From: the human T2T-CHM13v2.0 reference genome, Homo sapiens
Length of the DNA: 64,000 nucleotides
NCBI RefSeq assembly: GCF_009914755.1
Contig: NC_060930.1
Strand: one strand, 5' to 3'
How positions within the stretch are numbered: the stretch's first letter is position 1; every line of letters begins with the position of its first letter. Below, piece after piece: positions 49,941-63,018 of the stretch. The notes beneath the pieces are model-generated. The model made no database searches and was not told where the DNA came from. It worked only from the letters and a program-made list of their open reading frames with translations. The translations under genes were made by a program, and so were the position numbers.

Positions 49941-52900
49941 AGTATAGAACTACACAGGGAACATTGAATTTGGAGTCAGTAGACTTGAAGTCTTCCCTGT
50001 GGAGAAGTCACTGAACATTTCTGAAGTTGTTTTTTCTTGCCTGTTTCACAAACATCCCATACAATGTTTGTGAAAATGCCTTGTTATCTGCCAGTTGTAA
50101 TTAATAGCGTCATTGGCCATTTCAAGCCTGTCTATGACAAAATGAGTTTTCTAAAAAGAAACTAAGGAAGGGCATCCTATGGGGAGGCACAGCTTTGTAA
50201 TCAGTCTTGGCCCTAGCCACAGAGGGGCCATCCCCTGCCAACCCCCCACCCCCCACAACAAAGGCCCTACAATATTCCAACTATCTGCAAGCTTTAAGCC
50301 TGGCCTGTTAGAGAAATAATCAGATGACCTGGTCATGATTTGCCTGAAGCATTTGGGTAACAGTAGCAACAGAAGTTGAACAGACTTTAGCTACATTACC
50401 AAAGCTATTAAAGTTAAAAACCACTAAACAACCACAGCTTGCTTCCAATCATCCACCCCACAGGCATTCAGAACAAAACCAACAAGAATGTGTTAGAATA
50501 AAATGGACACTGAATCTTATTAATGTCTTGAGTTTGGAGCTTTAAAAGCAAACCCCTGGCACTGAGGACATCAACCAGTAGGCATTGTTGAGCAGCACGG
50601 GGTCCTTCCAGGAGCATCCTTACACCCCCACCCTAGACACCTCTAGGTCCTAGGCTAATTTTCAGGATCCATGATGAGAAGGCATTTGTGAACACAGATG
50701 TGACTTGGGGGATAGTGGGTGGGGAATACCTCTGGCATGGGAGGTCAGTGAGTCAGAGCTGAAGACCCTGGGGCAGGCAGAGCAGCCAGAAGGATGGGGG
50801 CACCAAGTGGGAGCTAAGATATGGGACCAAGGGAAGCCCTACATGTATGAGCAAGGGCATTGACTGTGAGTCAGTCTTGGGGGCAGAAGTAGCCAACAGC
50901 TTCAGAGTCTGCCAACAGCCCTCCTTCTGCATTGGCAGGCTCTACAAACAGAGGGAGGTTCTGCAAACAGCGCAAGTGCATTAAGTAGCTTCAGATCCTC
51001 TAACCAGCAGCTTGCTCTATACACAGAGAACGGTGCAGTCTTCAGGGATCTGGTGAGCAGACGGCTACAGGATTTGTACCCCAGGATTAAAGCCAGAAAC
51101 CAAAAGACCATCTGCCGGTACCCACAGGAGGGAGGATGCAGGTCATTTTCATGTGCAGTGACATCGTAGGTAGGTTCATTTTCTCACAAGACTTGAGGCC
51201 TTGACACCTCTGTGTGGCTCTTGCTGCCCTCCCCTGAGAGGATCAGAGAGTGGGCAAGTTCCTGATTCCTTCCTGCAGCACAGCATAACAAGCTTCTCAT
51301 TGGGAATCGCTGGGTGTCTGGCTGTGGTGGGTGTGGACCATGCATTATTAAGAGAGAGGCTAGGCGCCCTGCAGAAGGCTGAAGCCAGGGGCCATTGCAT
51401 TGTGTGACATGGCTCAGCCTTTCCAGTTTACAGTCCATTTGGACATCCATTATTTATGGCAGCCGAGTGGCTGTGAACAAGCTGAGACTCAATTAAGGTA
51501 ACGTCCCCCACACAGAAGCCATGGTTAATGCTGAGAAGTTATTCCAACTCCCACCTTACCATCACAGAGCTGGAGACACAAAGAGACCAAGAAGTGGAAT
51601 TAGAGAAACGCAGAGATGGAGGCAGAGAACAGAGAAATGAAAAGAGAGGCAGACACCCCCATCCCCCCACCACAACCCCTATACACAAAGCCAGAGGCTT
51701 TTCCCATGGGCCATCTTAGCACTCTCCTGGCTCTGCTGGAGTCCCCTGCACCCTGTCTTAGAGGAGAAGAGCCCTGTGTTCTGGCTCTTGGAGGCCCGAA
51801 ATTGATTATCCCAGTCTCCACTGTCCCCATCTCTTCCTTCCCTCTTAGTGTCCATCCTGTGCTGTGCTTGAGGACATGGAAGAGATTGGATACATCCTCA
51901 GAGGACTGTGGATGGTGACTGCAAGGGGAACTGGGTGCCAGAGACAAGCTGCTGGCAGTTCTAGAGTCCATGGAGCTGGAGGACAAGAGAGGGAGGCGAG
52001 AGGTGTGACCAGGCAGGAGCTCTGGGAAAGGCATTGCTGGGGAGGGCTGGAGATGAGGTTTTGGTGTGGAAATGGAGAGGACAGTAGGTGGCAGAGAAGT
52101 GGCTGAGAAGGGGAAAGACACCGGCAGAGAGGGAAGAAACTAGGGGAAGAAGGGTCCAGGATGCTGACATGGGATAAATGCAGGGGACGTGGGAGAGAGG
52201 GAGGTGAAGGAAGAGAGAGACAGAAGAGGGGAACGGTGGAGGTGGGGGTGGCAAGGGTAGAGAGAGGCAGAGTGTTTCAGAGCTGGCAGAGCACATGAGG
52301 ACAGGCATGGTGCTTAGGTGGGAGGCCCTTGAGGAGACTGACTGACAGTGGCTGTCTGAGCATCGCGGAGAATGGCAACCGAGTTTCCTGAGTGTCCTGG
52401 GCCCTGAGTCCTAGATTCCTGTGTTGAGGCAGTCTGCTGGCCATCTGCTCTGTTCCCTGCTCAGGAGGCTGGCCAGGTGCAGGAGAACCTGGGAGGGTTG
52501 CTCTGCAGGCAGCAGGAGTGGCTGTGTCCACTGCAGGGTCCAGACCTGACTCAGGACGGGAAGAGCAGGCGGCAGACCTGACTGTCTTCTGTCCCTCTCG
52601 TGGCTGCATCTCTGCCATGCTCACTTCTCCTCCTTTTCATTTCCCTACTGGAACCCTGCAGGTGGCCTGGGGCAGGGTTCTGCTGAGTTCTTTCTTGTTG
52701 ATGATAAGTCATGTCCATCTACCACCTCCTGCTCTGCCCACTCTTCCTTCTAATTGAGATACAGTTTCATGATTGTTATTGTTATTATTATTTTCATCAT
52801 CTTTATTACCGTTACCTTTTAGAAGCTTGTAAGCTCCCTGAGGGCAGGAGTCTTCTCTCATTTACCTCTGTGTGTGCACACATATACAACCACACTAACT

Positions 52901-52957
52901 CACAAACACCCCTTAGCTATTGACAAAGACCCCATGCTTACTTCAGGGAGTGCTATA

Positions 52958-53400
52958 CCAGTCAGGGTGTTTGCAAATCTACTCTGGCTAGCTTAAGCAG
53001 AAAATGAAGATATTAAATCTTTGTGGGAGACAGACTCAGACTTTGGGAGCAGCTGCCCAGTCAGGAATAACGCCCAAACCAACCCCAGCCTCTTCTCCTA
53101 CAGACCTCAGGGCTGCCATGGTCTGGCACAATTCTCAGAGCTCTCACTGCTGATACAGGGTCCTGGATCCTGGTGCCTCCATCTCTGCTGCCTCCAAAGC
53201 CAGATGCCTCTGCCCCTGCCTTTACCAGGAAATAGATACTGCATGGCATTGGCCACTGCTTGCCTGTCTCAGGCTGAAGCCTCTACTGGTGGGTCCCATT
53301 GGCAGACTCCATGTCCATGCCCTCGTCACAGCTACAAGAGACACTGGGAAAGATGAGTCTCTGGTTTCTCACTCCAAGAGGCAGGACTCAGAGTGGCCAG
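52958..53400 (-). mobile_element. Very old MLT1 (L/N-like) LTR
   Basis: 'actctggctagcttaagcagaaaa...tcccattggcagactc...agctacaagagacactgggaaagatgagt'. Confidence 0.5.
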
Positions 53401-55268
53401 AAAGCTTGCTGGTGTTCTCTAGGCAGTGAGGGGCACCTGCCTGTAGGACTGCATTAATGGTGGTGGATGTGGAGGTGTCTATATCACTGGCAGCTGCCAT
53501 GGAGGGCATGTTGTCTCCCTTGTGGGGAGCTGGGGGCTTCTGTATCCAGGCAGGGTGAAGGCAGGCATTGAGGATGAGGTGGCTGAATCCAGGCACAGCA
53601 GAGCCCCGTTGGTAAGCAGGTGAGATATACCCTTGGCATTTTCCCACCTTCAGCCCACCTTTTGCCAGGGAACTGTGCAGAACTGCTGGAGGAGGGCTAA
53701 CGGAGCTGGGGGGACAGCAGGAACGCCCTTTCCAGGTGTGTCTGCTGATTAAAAAGGGATGCAAAGTGAGGAAATGAAATTGGATCTGAAGGCGTGAGGC
53801 AGGGCAGCCTGGCTGTGCAGATGTTCCGACCCACCTGCTCACCGAGGGTATTTCTGTTCACCCGCTGCCTGTGTTCCCATCCTGCCAAGGCCATAAAGAC
53901 AAAAACACTTCCTAGAAGTGAAAAATACTCGTGCTGAAATTTCAAGCACCTGTTGGGGAATGGGGGTTTGAGGGTAAGGCGACCCCCTTGCCTTGTCCTG
54001 GGCTGGGCTGTCAGTCATTTGTTCCACCCCAGCATCACAGAGGTGGGGCCCACCTCCCCCGCACCACCACCCACAGCCCCCTACTCTAGACCCTTCCCCA
54101 CACATGCCCAGGCAACCTCCTGGTGAGAATTGCACCCGAATTCAATTATCTTTGTGGCTTTTGGCTAAAGGGATCCACACACAGCAGGCAGGTTCACGGG
54201 CCTAATCGGGCCTGATGCATCTCTAACCAGACAGGGAGTGTGTGTCTGGATTTGTCGCCTGACAGGTACAGATGTCGGAGGCTCTCATCCATGAGATGGA
54301 ATCACTCTTAGAGATTGAGAGGCTTAGGCGGTGTCAGTCAGAGACGGGCCACACATCTCAAACCGGGACAGAGGCTGCCAGCAAAGCCCTCTTCAACCCA
54401 CTGGAGTCAGCAGGCCCAGTGCTTCATAAACCAAGTTATGAGAGCAGAGCTGAGAATTTCTAAGGAGCCTCCTTTTTAAAGCCTTTCACTTCACCTGCTC
54501 TCCAACAGCTGGTGAGTCTTTCCAGGGCAGTACAGGTAAAGGGATGAACAAAGTCTCAGAAATAGAGAACCTGGGTTGAAACCACCTCCACTATCTACTA
54601 GCTGAAGGGCCTTGGGCAAGTCACTTACCTGCTCCTGGTCCCACGTAATGCTTGTCATCTGTGGGCTTGCTGTAAGCAGTGAATGGGATTCCCTAGGCAG
54701 CCGCTCCGTCTCTCATGTTCCTGTAGCACTTCATTCCTCCCTATTAGGTAGAAACTGTCTAGCACTGGACATATTATTTAACCTCTCTGAGACTCATTTA
54801 GTGCCTGTCTACAATGCAGAACTGTGACAGTGCCTACTTGGTCGGGCTGTCAAGAGGGTTAATACCTGCAAAGCCTCCTGACAGCCTGGTGCATGGCGAG
54901 CCCTCAGGAAATGGTAGTGGTGGTTTTTGGTGCTGGTGGTGGTGGTGGGGCGGATACTCCAGCATCCCCCTTTTTGGGCAGAAAGTTTCCTGCTTGCTTG
55001 TGTTGCTTCCCTTGCCAGCCAGGGAATGGGTCAGGGGCAGGGTCTCTATCCAGCCTGCATCCTGGCAAGGAGCCAACATTCCATAAATCTATGTTTGATA
55101 AATTAGTGAAAGAGACGATACCATGCAAAGATAACACACCACCGCAATGCTGCATAGTGACTCTGGGTATCTGCAAGACCCCTGTGGCCTCTCGTCCACT
55201 GTGAGGACTTGGGCAAGCGACTGCACCTCTCTGAGCCCAGTTTTCCCATCTGTGATGTGAAGATATAT

Positions 55269-56086
55269 GATATTGAGATATAGTAGAAATATATATATAT
55301 ATACAGGTCTTATCCCTAGTTTCTTGGCATGCAGCTCCTAAAACCCATGGGATCTTCAGAAGTGATATGTCTTTTTGTATGATAATGAAATGACTGGTGT
55401 CTGGGGGCTCCTGGATAGCCTGGAGATTGGGGGACTGGTTGCCAGGGGAACCAACCACATGATCAGAGGGTTGAAATGTTCAGCCTCACTCCCCAGAAGG
55501 GGAGAAGGGCTGGAGATTGATTTAATCACCAATGGCCAATGAGGTGATCAATCATGCCCACATAATGGAGCAAAACACCCAAAAAGATGAGGTTTGGAGA
55601 GCTTCCAGGTTGTGAACACATCGAGGTGCTGGGAGCATGTGTGCCCCACCCCACCCACATACCTTGCCCTGTGCATCTCTTCCTTCTGGCTGTTCCTGAG
55701 TTGTGTCCTTTTATAATAAACTGGTGGTGAAATAAGTAAGCTGCTTTCCTGAGTTCTGTGAGCTGTTCTAGCAAATCACTGAACATGAGGAGAGGGTCTC
55801 AGGAACCTCTGATTTATAGCCATTTGGTCAGAAGCACAGATGGCAGCCTGGACTTGTGATTGGAGTCTGGAGTGGGGGCAGTCTTGTGGGACTGAGCCTT
55901 TTAAGCTGTGAAGTCTGCACTAACTCTAGGAAGTTAGCGTCAGAATGGAGTTAAATTGCAGGACACCAAATCATTGTTCACTGAAAATTAGAGAATTACT
56001 TGGTGTGGTGAAAAACACTCCCTACATATTTGGTGGCCAGAAGTATTGGTGCAGTTGGTGTTGAGAAAGAAAGAGTTTGTTTTTCT
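55269..56086 (+). mobile_element. MER21C-like LTR
   Basis: 'agctcctaaaaccc...atcaccaatggccaatga...ccttgccctgtgcatctcttcc...tctgcactaactct...atttggtggccagaagt'. Confidence 0.88.
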
Positions 56087-57164
56087 TATTCAGGATAATA
56101 GCCCCACCTCGGAGAATGGGTTTAGATGATGTGTCCGAATCATCCAGTACAATTCTGGGCTTATGGTGGATGTTTAAAAAGTGGTGGCTGGCAGCTGTCC
56201 CATGGAAGCCAGCCTGGAAAACTGGTGACCTTGGCCAAGAATCTCCCACCTCTCCTTGCCTAGGTCCCACCTCCCCTTCCTGCTGCCCTGCTGTAGTCCA
56301 AAATCACCATCGCCCACCCCCAACCCCCGAGAGCCTCAGTCAGCTAGAGTCCTGTGAGGGTGGCTGTAAATAAATTAGTTCCCACGAGGTGTGATTCGTA
56401 GGGTCTACCTTTCCTAGGACCACTTGCACGTATAAGAAAGAAGTTTGGAGATGGCATTATTCGCAAGTTAGCAAGCTAGAACCATAGGGAGTGATGAGGA
56501 CTGGAAAGAATTCGAGAACAGTGTATTCGGAATTGTTAAACAGTACGTTGGCAAAACAAAACATTTGGTTATGGGTCCCCAGTTTGCCACCTCCAAGACA
56601 AAAGTGGGCTGGAAGGGTGAAACTCTGAGCTGAGGGTTAATCAGAACCAGGGTAGCCACACTTCCCTTTCAGATAATTCCAGGGCGGCTCTGAGTCTCTA
56701 AAACCTGTGAGAAATGCCACAGCTGGGAGACTTTCCTTTCCTCCTTGATTCAAGGAAGTCCAAGAGCCAGGGATGGTGCCCCTCACACTGCCAGGAAGGC
56801 CTGACACTACCCCTCCCCATGGCGCAAGCTGAGGCCAATCCGCTCCTTATTTAGAAAGAGCTGGGACTTAAATGTCAGTGGATGATACGGGAGCAGCATG
56901 ACAATTACCAGCTTAAACTGAAATAAAGGAAAGAAGGATTAAAAAACACCCAGCACCCATCAAGCCAGGCCAGAAGAGGAGAGCAAAGCCCTCTGTTTCT
57001 ACGTTAACTCTTCATCTGCCAGGCGCAGGTCAGAAGGGTGACTGGGGAGGAAGCTGGGGAGGAGAGGTTGGGTGGGGGGCTGAAGGAAGGTCAGAGGTGG
57101 TGCTGACTTGGGCTCCCAGACTCTCAAGGAGGGGGCCCAGAAGGCACCCTGCTCCTTTTGGCAG

Positions 57165-57380
57165 TACACTCAGTGGTTGGACCTGTGGCTCCAAACTAGG
57201 CAGACTGAGTTCAAATCCCAGCTCCTCCACTAACTAGCTCTGTGATGGCTGGCAACTTCCTCAACCTCTCTGAGTTTCAGTTTCCTCATTTAGACCAGTG
57301 GGATGATGATAATTCCTCTTAAGATTAAATGGGGTAGTGCCTGTTTGTCACTGGGCAGGCAGCAATACTCAGCAAATGAT
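57165..57380 (+). mobile_element. MIR
   Basis: 'gagttcaaatcccagctcctccactaactagctctgtga...aacctctctgagtttcagtttcctcat'. Confidence 0.85.
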
Positions 57381-58204
57381 GCCTCTGCCAATTGGATGCA
57401 GTCAGGAGCTAAGAGCCAGGTACAGCACAGATCACGCCTAATTCCATTACCCCCAGTCATTGAGCAGCAGACAGTCTCTTTTATTTTAATCTTTCTGTAG
57501 GGGGAATGTGTGGTGCTCAGATGTAGGTCCGGCAGGAACTTGGCACCTTTGCAGCAGCCTCAGCCTCTCCTTTCTCTTGGGTGCAGGGCTCAGCTGGGCA
57601 GGCATGCCAGGACCAAGATCAGGGCCCTCACCTCAGAGCCCCTCTGGGTTGCTGCAGCATCTCCTCTTTTCAGGGTGAACTGCTCTGGGGGCTGGGAGAT
57701 AGTGGAGATGCACCCCACAGGGCCAAGGCAGCCTGGGCACTTTCCCCAGGAAATTCTTGACACTCTGCACTTTTCCAGCTGGCCTCCTTTAAAGGGGCTG
57801 CTCATCTGTCCTCCCCTGCATGTACTAGAATTGGCCCCACAGGCTGACCCAGCTGGACCCCAGGCTCTAGGTGAGCTGTGGCCTGGATTTGTTTACCCAT
57901 CTCCTTCAACTATCTGCAGGGGAGCAGCCCTTGGTTTCTGCATGAGGGCAGATCTAGGTCACCTTTGAAAGGACCTGCTGGGATTTCTGCAATGCTCCCC
58001 TCCAGCGTCCACAGCGGGTCACTGAAGCCCAGCTGATGGTCTGTCCCTGCCTACCCCGAGAGCCTCTGACCCTGAAGCTTGCAGTTTTTCCTCAGCCACA
58101 TCACATCCTCATCACAGACACCAGTGTCAGAGTCTTCCTTGGCCTCTGAATCAGGCCCAGGCCCCTCCTTTGTTCAGCCCAGCATCCACCTGTCCCAGCC
58201 GTGT

Positions 58205-58745
58205 CCTATATGTCAATCAGCATTCTGTGTAGAAAGTAGAAACACCCAAAGTATCCAGCAGAAAGAGATTTAATAAGGGAAATAGCGACTTACAGAGGGA
58301 TCAGAGGGCCTAGACAAAAGAAGTTTAGGACCACCCACCGCTAGGCTTTTGGCTTAAGGTTGCATCCCCACAGCTGTGATTCTGAGACCAGGAGACAGCT
58401 GCTGCCCCTGCAAGGAAGGACCACTAGTGTGGCTCCAGCTGCCCCGAATTCAGGAAGCTGGTGACAAGACCATGGATATACCAGTTGCTGCAAATCCTCA
58501 CATTGGCAGGAGCCCGTGGACCATCCAGCACACTGCAGTGGAGCACCTCTGCCTCTCTGCCACTGTCCAGAGCTCATGGAAATGCCTCTTCTTGGCAAAA
58601 CTGAAACTGCAGCCAGATCCAAACAGCAAGAAACTCTGGGAAATGTCACTTTTGTCCTGCTAGACCCTGTAATACAGAGGGAACATAAAGGGTATGAAAC
58701 AATGCTAAGTGCTGGTAGACAATACCCAGCACAGCCCAGAACCCA
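58205..58745 (-). mobile_element. Ancient LTR (LTR78-like)
   Basis: 'gtatccagcagaaagagatttaataagggaaatag...ctctgggaaatgtcacttt'; family uncertain. Confidence 0.5.
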
Positions 58746-59151
58746 CTCAGACCCCAGCTGGCCCGCAGTCCTGGCCTGCTGTAGCCCCACCCAAGTCTAT
58801 GGCTGGCGCTGACTCCTGCCTCTGCTGCATCGCCCCACACAGCCTCTGTCCCTTCGCCCGATGGAGGACCAGCCCCCTCCATTCCCCAGCCCACACCCAG
58901 CTCCTTCAGCTGAGGTCCTCCTAACCCCAGCATATAGTTCCCAGGCCTTCCTGGGGCTTTTCTGGGATGGAACCAATCCAAAGGCTGGCTCCACTGGAGG
59001 CTGGTTTGGGACTCAGATGCCTGTGCTCTAGCTGTAAACACAGAATGTCTCTGAGCCACATTCCCAGAGCACATTCACCTAGGGGTCTTGTCCAGCTGTG
59101 AGGTTCTGAGATTTCTAAGTGTCTTTCTTTATAAGCAGAGTGGACATGGAC

Positions 59152-59154
<3 letters not shown>

Positions 59155-59196
<42 letters not shown>
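59155..59196. repeat. (CA)21 microsatellite
   Basis: Pure dinucleotide run. Confidence 0.98.
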
Positions 59197-59198
<2 letters not shown>

Positions 59199-59984
59199 CC
59201 TCAGGGAGCTGCAGCTTTGCTGAGTCAACCCAGAGTCACTGTCCAACTCTCCTCTGGAAACGTGGGCAGAGATAGGTGCTGAGGGAGGACGGGTGACTGA
59301 AGCAGAAGGCAGGAAAGGCCAGGAGCTGCCCGCCTGCCCAGCGCATCCCCAACCACTGACTTCTGGCTTGAGTGGGCTGGGAAAACCCGCAGAGGGCAGG
59401 CTTGGGGAGGACAGAGGAGGCTGGGGCGAGAGACGTGGTAAGGGCAGAAGTGAAGCACTCAGGCCACACAAGAGGAAAAGCCACTGTCTGTGCTGAGCTG
59501 GACCTAGGGGCTCAGACCCCAGCCTCTCTGCTGTCCCCTCCTTAGCACTGCCTCAACTAGACCTCTCCCAAAGCAAAGCTATAGCCATGCCGATGACCTT
59601 GAGCTGCACATTCAGCTTAATCCACATCAGTGTCAGTGTGAAGGCCTTGCTGTCAGTCCAGGATATTTATAACCTGCTTGCCAGGTCCCACTAACTGGCA
59701 GCCGCCAGGAAACTAGGCCACAGGAGCCACAGAGGAGGCAAGCCCTCCCCGCATCCCAACGCCAGCCTCAGATGGCTCCTCCGTGGCTGTTGGCACCCGC
59801 CCGGCTGTGTGCCTCCTCCCCATGTCCCTGCTCCCTGCTGGCGATCAAAACCCACCAGAGTTCCCAATGCCTGGGGGCATGTCCACAGGCCTGAGTACAA
59901 TGTCCATGGCTTCCACTTACCATTGTTTTCCCTGCCTGTTCCCTGTGGTGGTGTGGTGTGGTCATGAAGGTTCCGCCTGCCTGG

Positions 59985-60150
59985 GGTCAGGTGCAGGTTC
60001 CACTGTTCTCTGTGTTGACCTCGATAATCTTGTGTGACTTTTCTGTGTCTCAGTTTTCTTATCTGTAAAATGGAATTAATAATGAAGACTGCATGAATAA
60101 AAGGCTCAGAACGGTGCCTGACACATAATAAGGGCTCAGTGTTTGCTAGC
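59985..60150 (+). mobile_element. MIR
   Basis: 'ctgtgtctcagttttcttatctgtaaaatggaattaataat...agaacggtgcctgacacata'. Confidence 0.8.
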
Positions 60151-60254
60151 TTATCTAGAAAGGTCTATCAGATAGCAGCAGAAGCTCCAGGGCCAGGCTG
60201 TTCAGGTTCAAATCCTGGTTTGGCCACTCACTGGCTATGTGACCTTGTGCCCAT

Positions 60255-60662
60255 TAATTATGGTTTGGATGTTTGCCCCCTCCATATCTCATGTCAAAAT
60301 GTGATCCCCAGTGTTGGCGGTGGGGCCTGGTGGGAGGTGTTTGGATCATGGGGACGGATCTCTCATGAATGGCCTGGTGCCCTTCTTGTGGTAATGAGTG
60401 AGTTCTCGCTCTGAGTGCATGCGAGATCTGGTTGTTTAAAAGTGTGTGGGACCTCCCCCTTCTCTCTCTCGCCCCCTCCCTCACCATGTGTCGCACCTGT
60501 TCCTGCTTCATCTTCCACCAAGAGTAAAAGCTCCCTGAGGCCTCACCAGGAGCAGATACTGGGTCGTGCTTCCTGTGTAGCCTGCAGAACCGTGAGCAGA
60601 TTAAACTTTTTTTTTTTTAATAAATTACTCAGTCTCAGGTATTCCTTCTTAGCAACACAAAA
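60255..60662 (+). mobile_element. MSTB MaLR solo LTR nested in a MIR (~60175-60790)
   Basis: 'tatggtttggatgtttgccccctcca...ggtggggcctggtgggaggtgtttggatcatgggg...cagtctcaggtattcc'. Confidence 0.9.
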
Positions 60663-60786
60663 ACCATGTAAAATTGGAAATGATAATAGTATCTACCTGT
60701 GGAATTGTAAGGATTAAATAAGCTAATCTGTAAAGCTCTGAGAATGGTGCCTGGCGCACAGTAGATGGTCAATTAGTATTAGCTCT

Positions 60787-60832
60787 GATAATGATAATGA
60801 TTACCATCATCATCATCATCATCATCATCATT
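60787..60832. repeat. (GAT/CAT)n trinucleotide repeat
   Basis: gataatgataatgattac followed by about 9 cat units. Confidence 0.92.
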
Positions 60833-61282
60833 TATTCTGGAAAGATTTTCTCCCAGCCAGGCTGCCCTCTCTTCTTCCTGCCTCCACACTTGAGCTGACG
60901 CAAACATTCTCCTTACACACACTCTCTCTTCTTCCCTCCCAAATCAAATGTTGCATTTCTTTCAAGCCTCACCTCCTCCATGCAGCCTTCCTTGACCATT
61001 TTGGTGAGCTTTGCACTGTCTGCCTTACCCAAACCACCTTAGACCTGATCCCCCACATGATTCCCTTGAGTAAACTTAGACTCCAGACCCTGAAGGCAGA
61101 GGCTCTGCCAAGCCCACTTCTCCTTCCTGCCTTATGCTGGGCCAACAGCGGTGAGGTCAAAGATGTCCTGGATCAGATGTGTCCTTGCTGAGTGTCCAGG
61201 GCCCTCTGCTCTAGGCAGGGGTCTGATTCCTGGGATGAGGGTGCAGTGTGACCTGGTCCTCAATAGACAGCTGTGTGTATGG

Positions 61283-61285
<3 letters not shown>

Positions 61286-61318
<33 letters not shown>
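61286..61318. repeat. (CA)16 microsatellite
   Basis: Pure dinucleotide run. Confidence 0.98.
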
Positions 61319-61323
<5 letters not shown>

Positions 61324-62559
61324 CCCTGTAAAGTAAAACCTAGTTGTTTCCCCAGAAATAATCCCACATTCTGGCCACTAACAACCAAAATGCATTTTTT
61401 CCCAAGCCCAGTCATTTTCTGGATTTTCTCAGTTTGAGAGAGGACCAGGCCTGTATGCTGTGTCCTAGGGGTGGACCGGAAACCTTTCCCCACCAGAAAA
61501 GGGCAGGCAGGAAAATGTCTTCCTCGGACACCCAGGCACAGCAAAGCCCAGGGACACAGGGCTCAACACGGGGGAGGGTGGGGGAGGCCAAGGATCTGGC
61601 TCAAACACCACAGTCCTTTCCTTGAGGAAGAAAGCACCACCCTAGTGTCACTGTGTTCCCTCTGTTGAAGGCCTGACAAACAGCAGGTCAGCCCAGCAGG
61701 TCAGTGGTTCTGACCTGGCACTCTCAGCCTCAGCTAGTCAGAGGCTTGCTGACACTAACCCCCTCCTCCCCTCCTCCCCTCCTCCCCACAGGCCTGTCAC
61801 TGCGGAGAGCTCTCCTCCAGCCTCCTCCACTGACTCCCCAGCAACTTCCTCTCCTCTCCTCTCGGGAGTGGCCAGGATCAACGTTGCTCAGCCCACAGGG
61901 GCTGCCTTTGGTGGGAGCTCCCCTTTTTCCTGTGTGCTGGGGGAAGGGGCAGGGGATAAGAAAGGGGCTCAGCAGGGTTGGGGAGGGGCCCTTCTTCTGT
62001 ACTCATTGTCCCCTCTGGGGGTTGAGGGCGGTTACAAAATGGATGAGGATGGGAAGAGGCCCTCCTGCTGAGGCCCCTGTGCTTGGCCCTCAGGCCGTCC
62101 CCTTACCCATCTCCCCTGCTCTAGTCTAAGAGCACCTAAGAAAGAGACTCACTCTAGCTCTCATGACCCACAACTGAAAATTAATCCCCTCCACGTCCTT
62201 TCTAAGTTATCCCAGAGAATAATGCCATGTCAAAGGGACATTTGTCTAATGGAAGGAGCCCAGGCCAGGGGAGAGGGGTATGGGGGAGAGAAGCCTTAAA
62301 AAATCCAGCCAAGCATCTGTGGTTTGTGCTCCATGTAAAGTGAAATCTGGGTATTTCTTCCACTAAACAGCATGGGAATAAGTGTAGTGATACTAGCTGG
62401 CATTTACACAGCACACTACAGTTACAAGATACTACAAGATCCTTGCCACACCCTCTCAGTTTTTTACCCTTCTGCATTGCAATAGAGCAAGGGAAGGCCA
62501 TTGAACCCCCTTTGACGTGGAAGGAAACAGAGCCTCAGAGCAGCTAGGAAGGGGGGATC

Positions 62560-63018
62560 AGAGGCTGTTGGTGTCCCACCCAGATGTCCTTTACCAGCTG
62601 GGGACTCACTCCAAGCTGCTACAGTGTTGGCTGCTAATAGCTCATAACTGTACCCTTCTCCTCCACATTGCCTTAGCCAGCAGGAGCCACTTCCCTGGGA
62701 GACGCTTTGGAGGTTAAGCCCTCTACCATAGCCCCTCCCCTGGGAATAGCCTTTAGCTAAGGTCTGACTGCTGTAGGGACAGAAAAGCCACCCTCTTGTC
62801 TTCAGGTATAACAAACTCCATGTGCCGTACACGCCCCAAAGCCCCTGTGGGTTTGGGCCCTGCTAGGCCTCCCATGAATTGGCATCTTTGCCTGGACCCT
62901 TCTGCTGCTCCATCATGCCCCACAATCCCTCCCAGCTTCTCCTGCAAGCACTCACTCAACAAACCACACGCTGGAATCTCCTCTCAAACCCTGCTTCTAG
63001 GGAACCAGACAGAGGGCT
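62560..63018 (+). mobile_element. LTR16-family ERVL solo LTR
   Basis: 'gctgttggtgtcccacccagatgtcctttacc...ggctgctaatagctca...ctgcttctagggaacc'. Confidence 0.75.

Noticed and set aside
51600-52121. 173-aa Ser/Pro-rich ORF on the minus strand
   Set aside because: Reflects a purine-rich plus strand (few stops on the CT-rich strand); no domain
54904-55458. Longest ORF (184 aa, minus strand)
   Set aside because: Runs through MER21C, a (TA)n tract and a MIR; no recognisable domain
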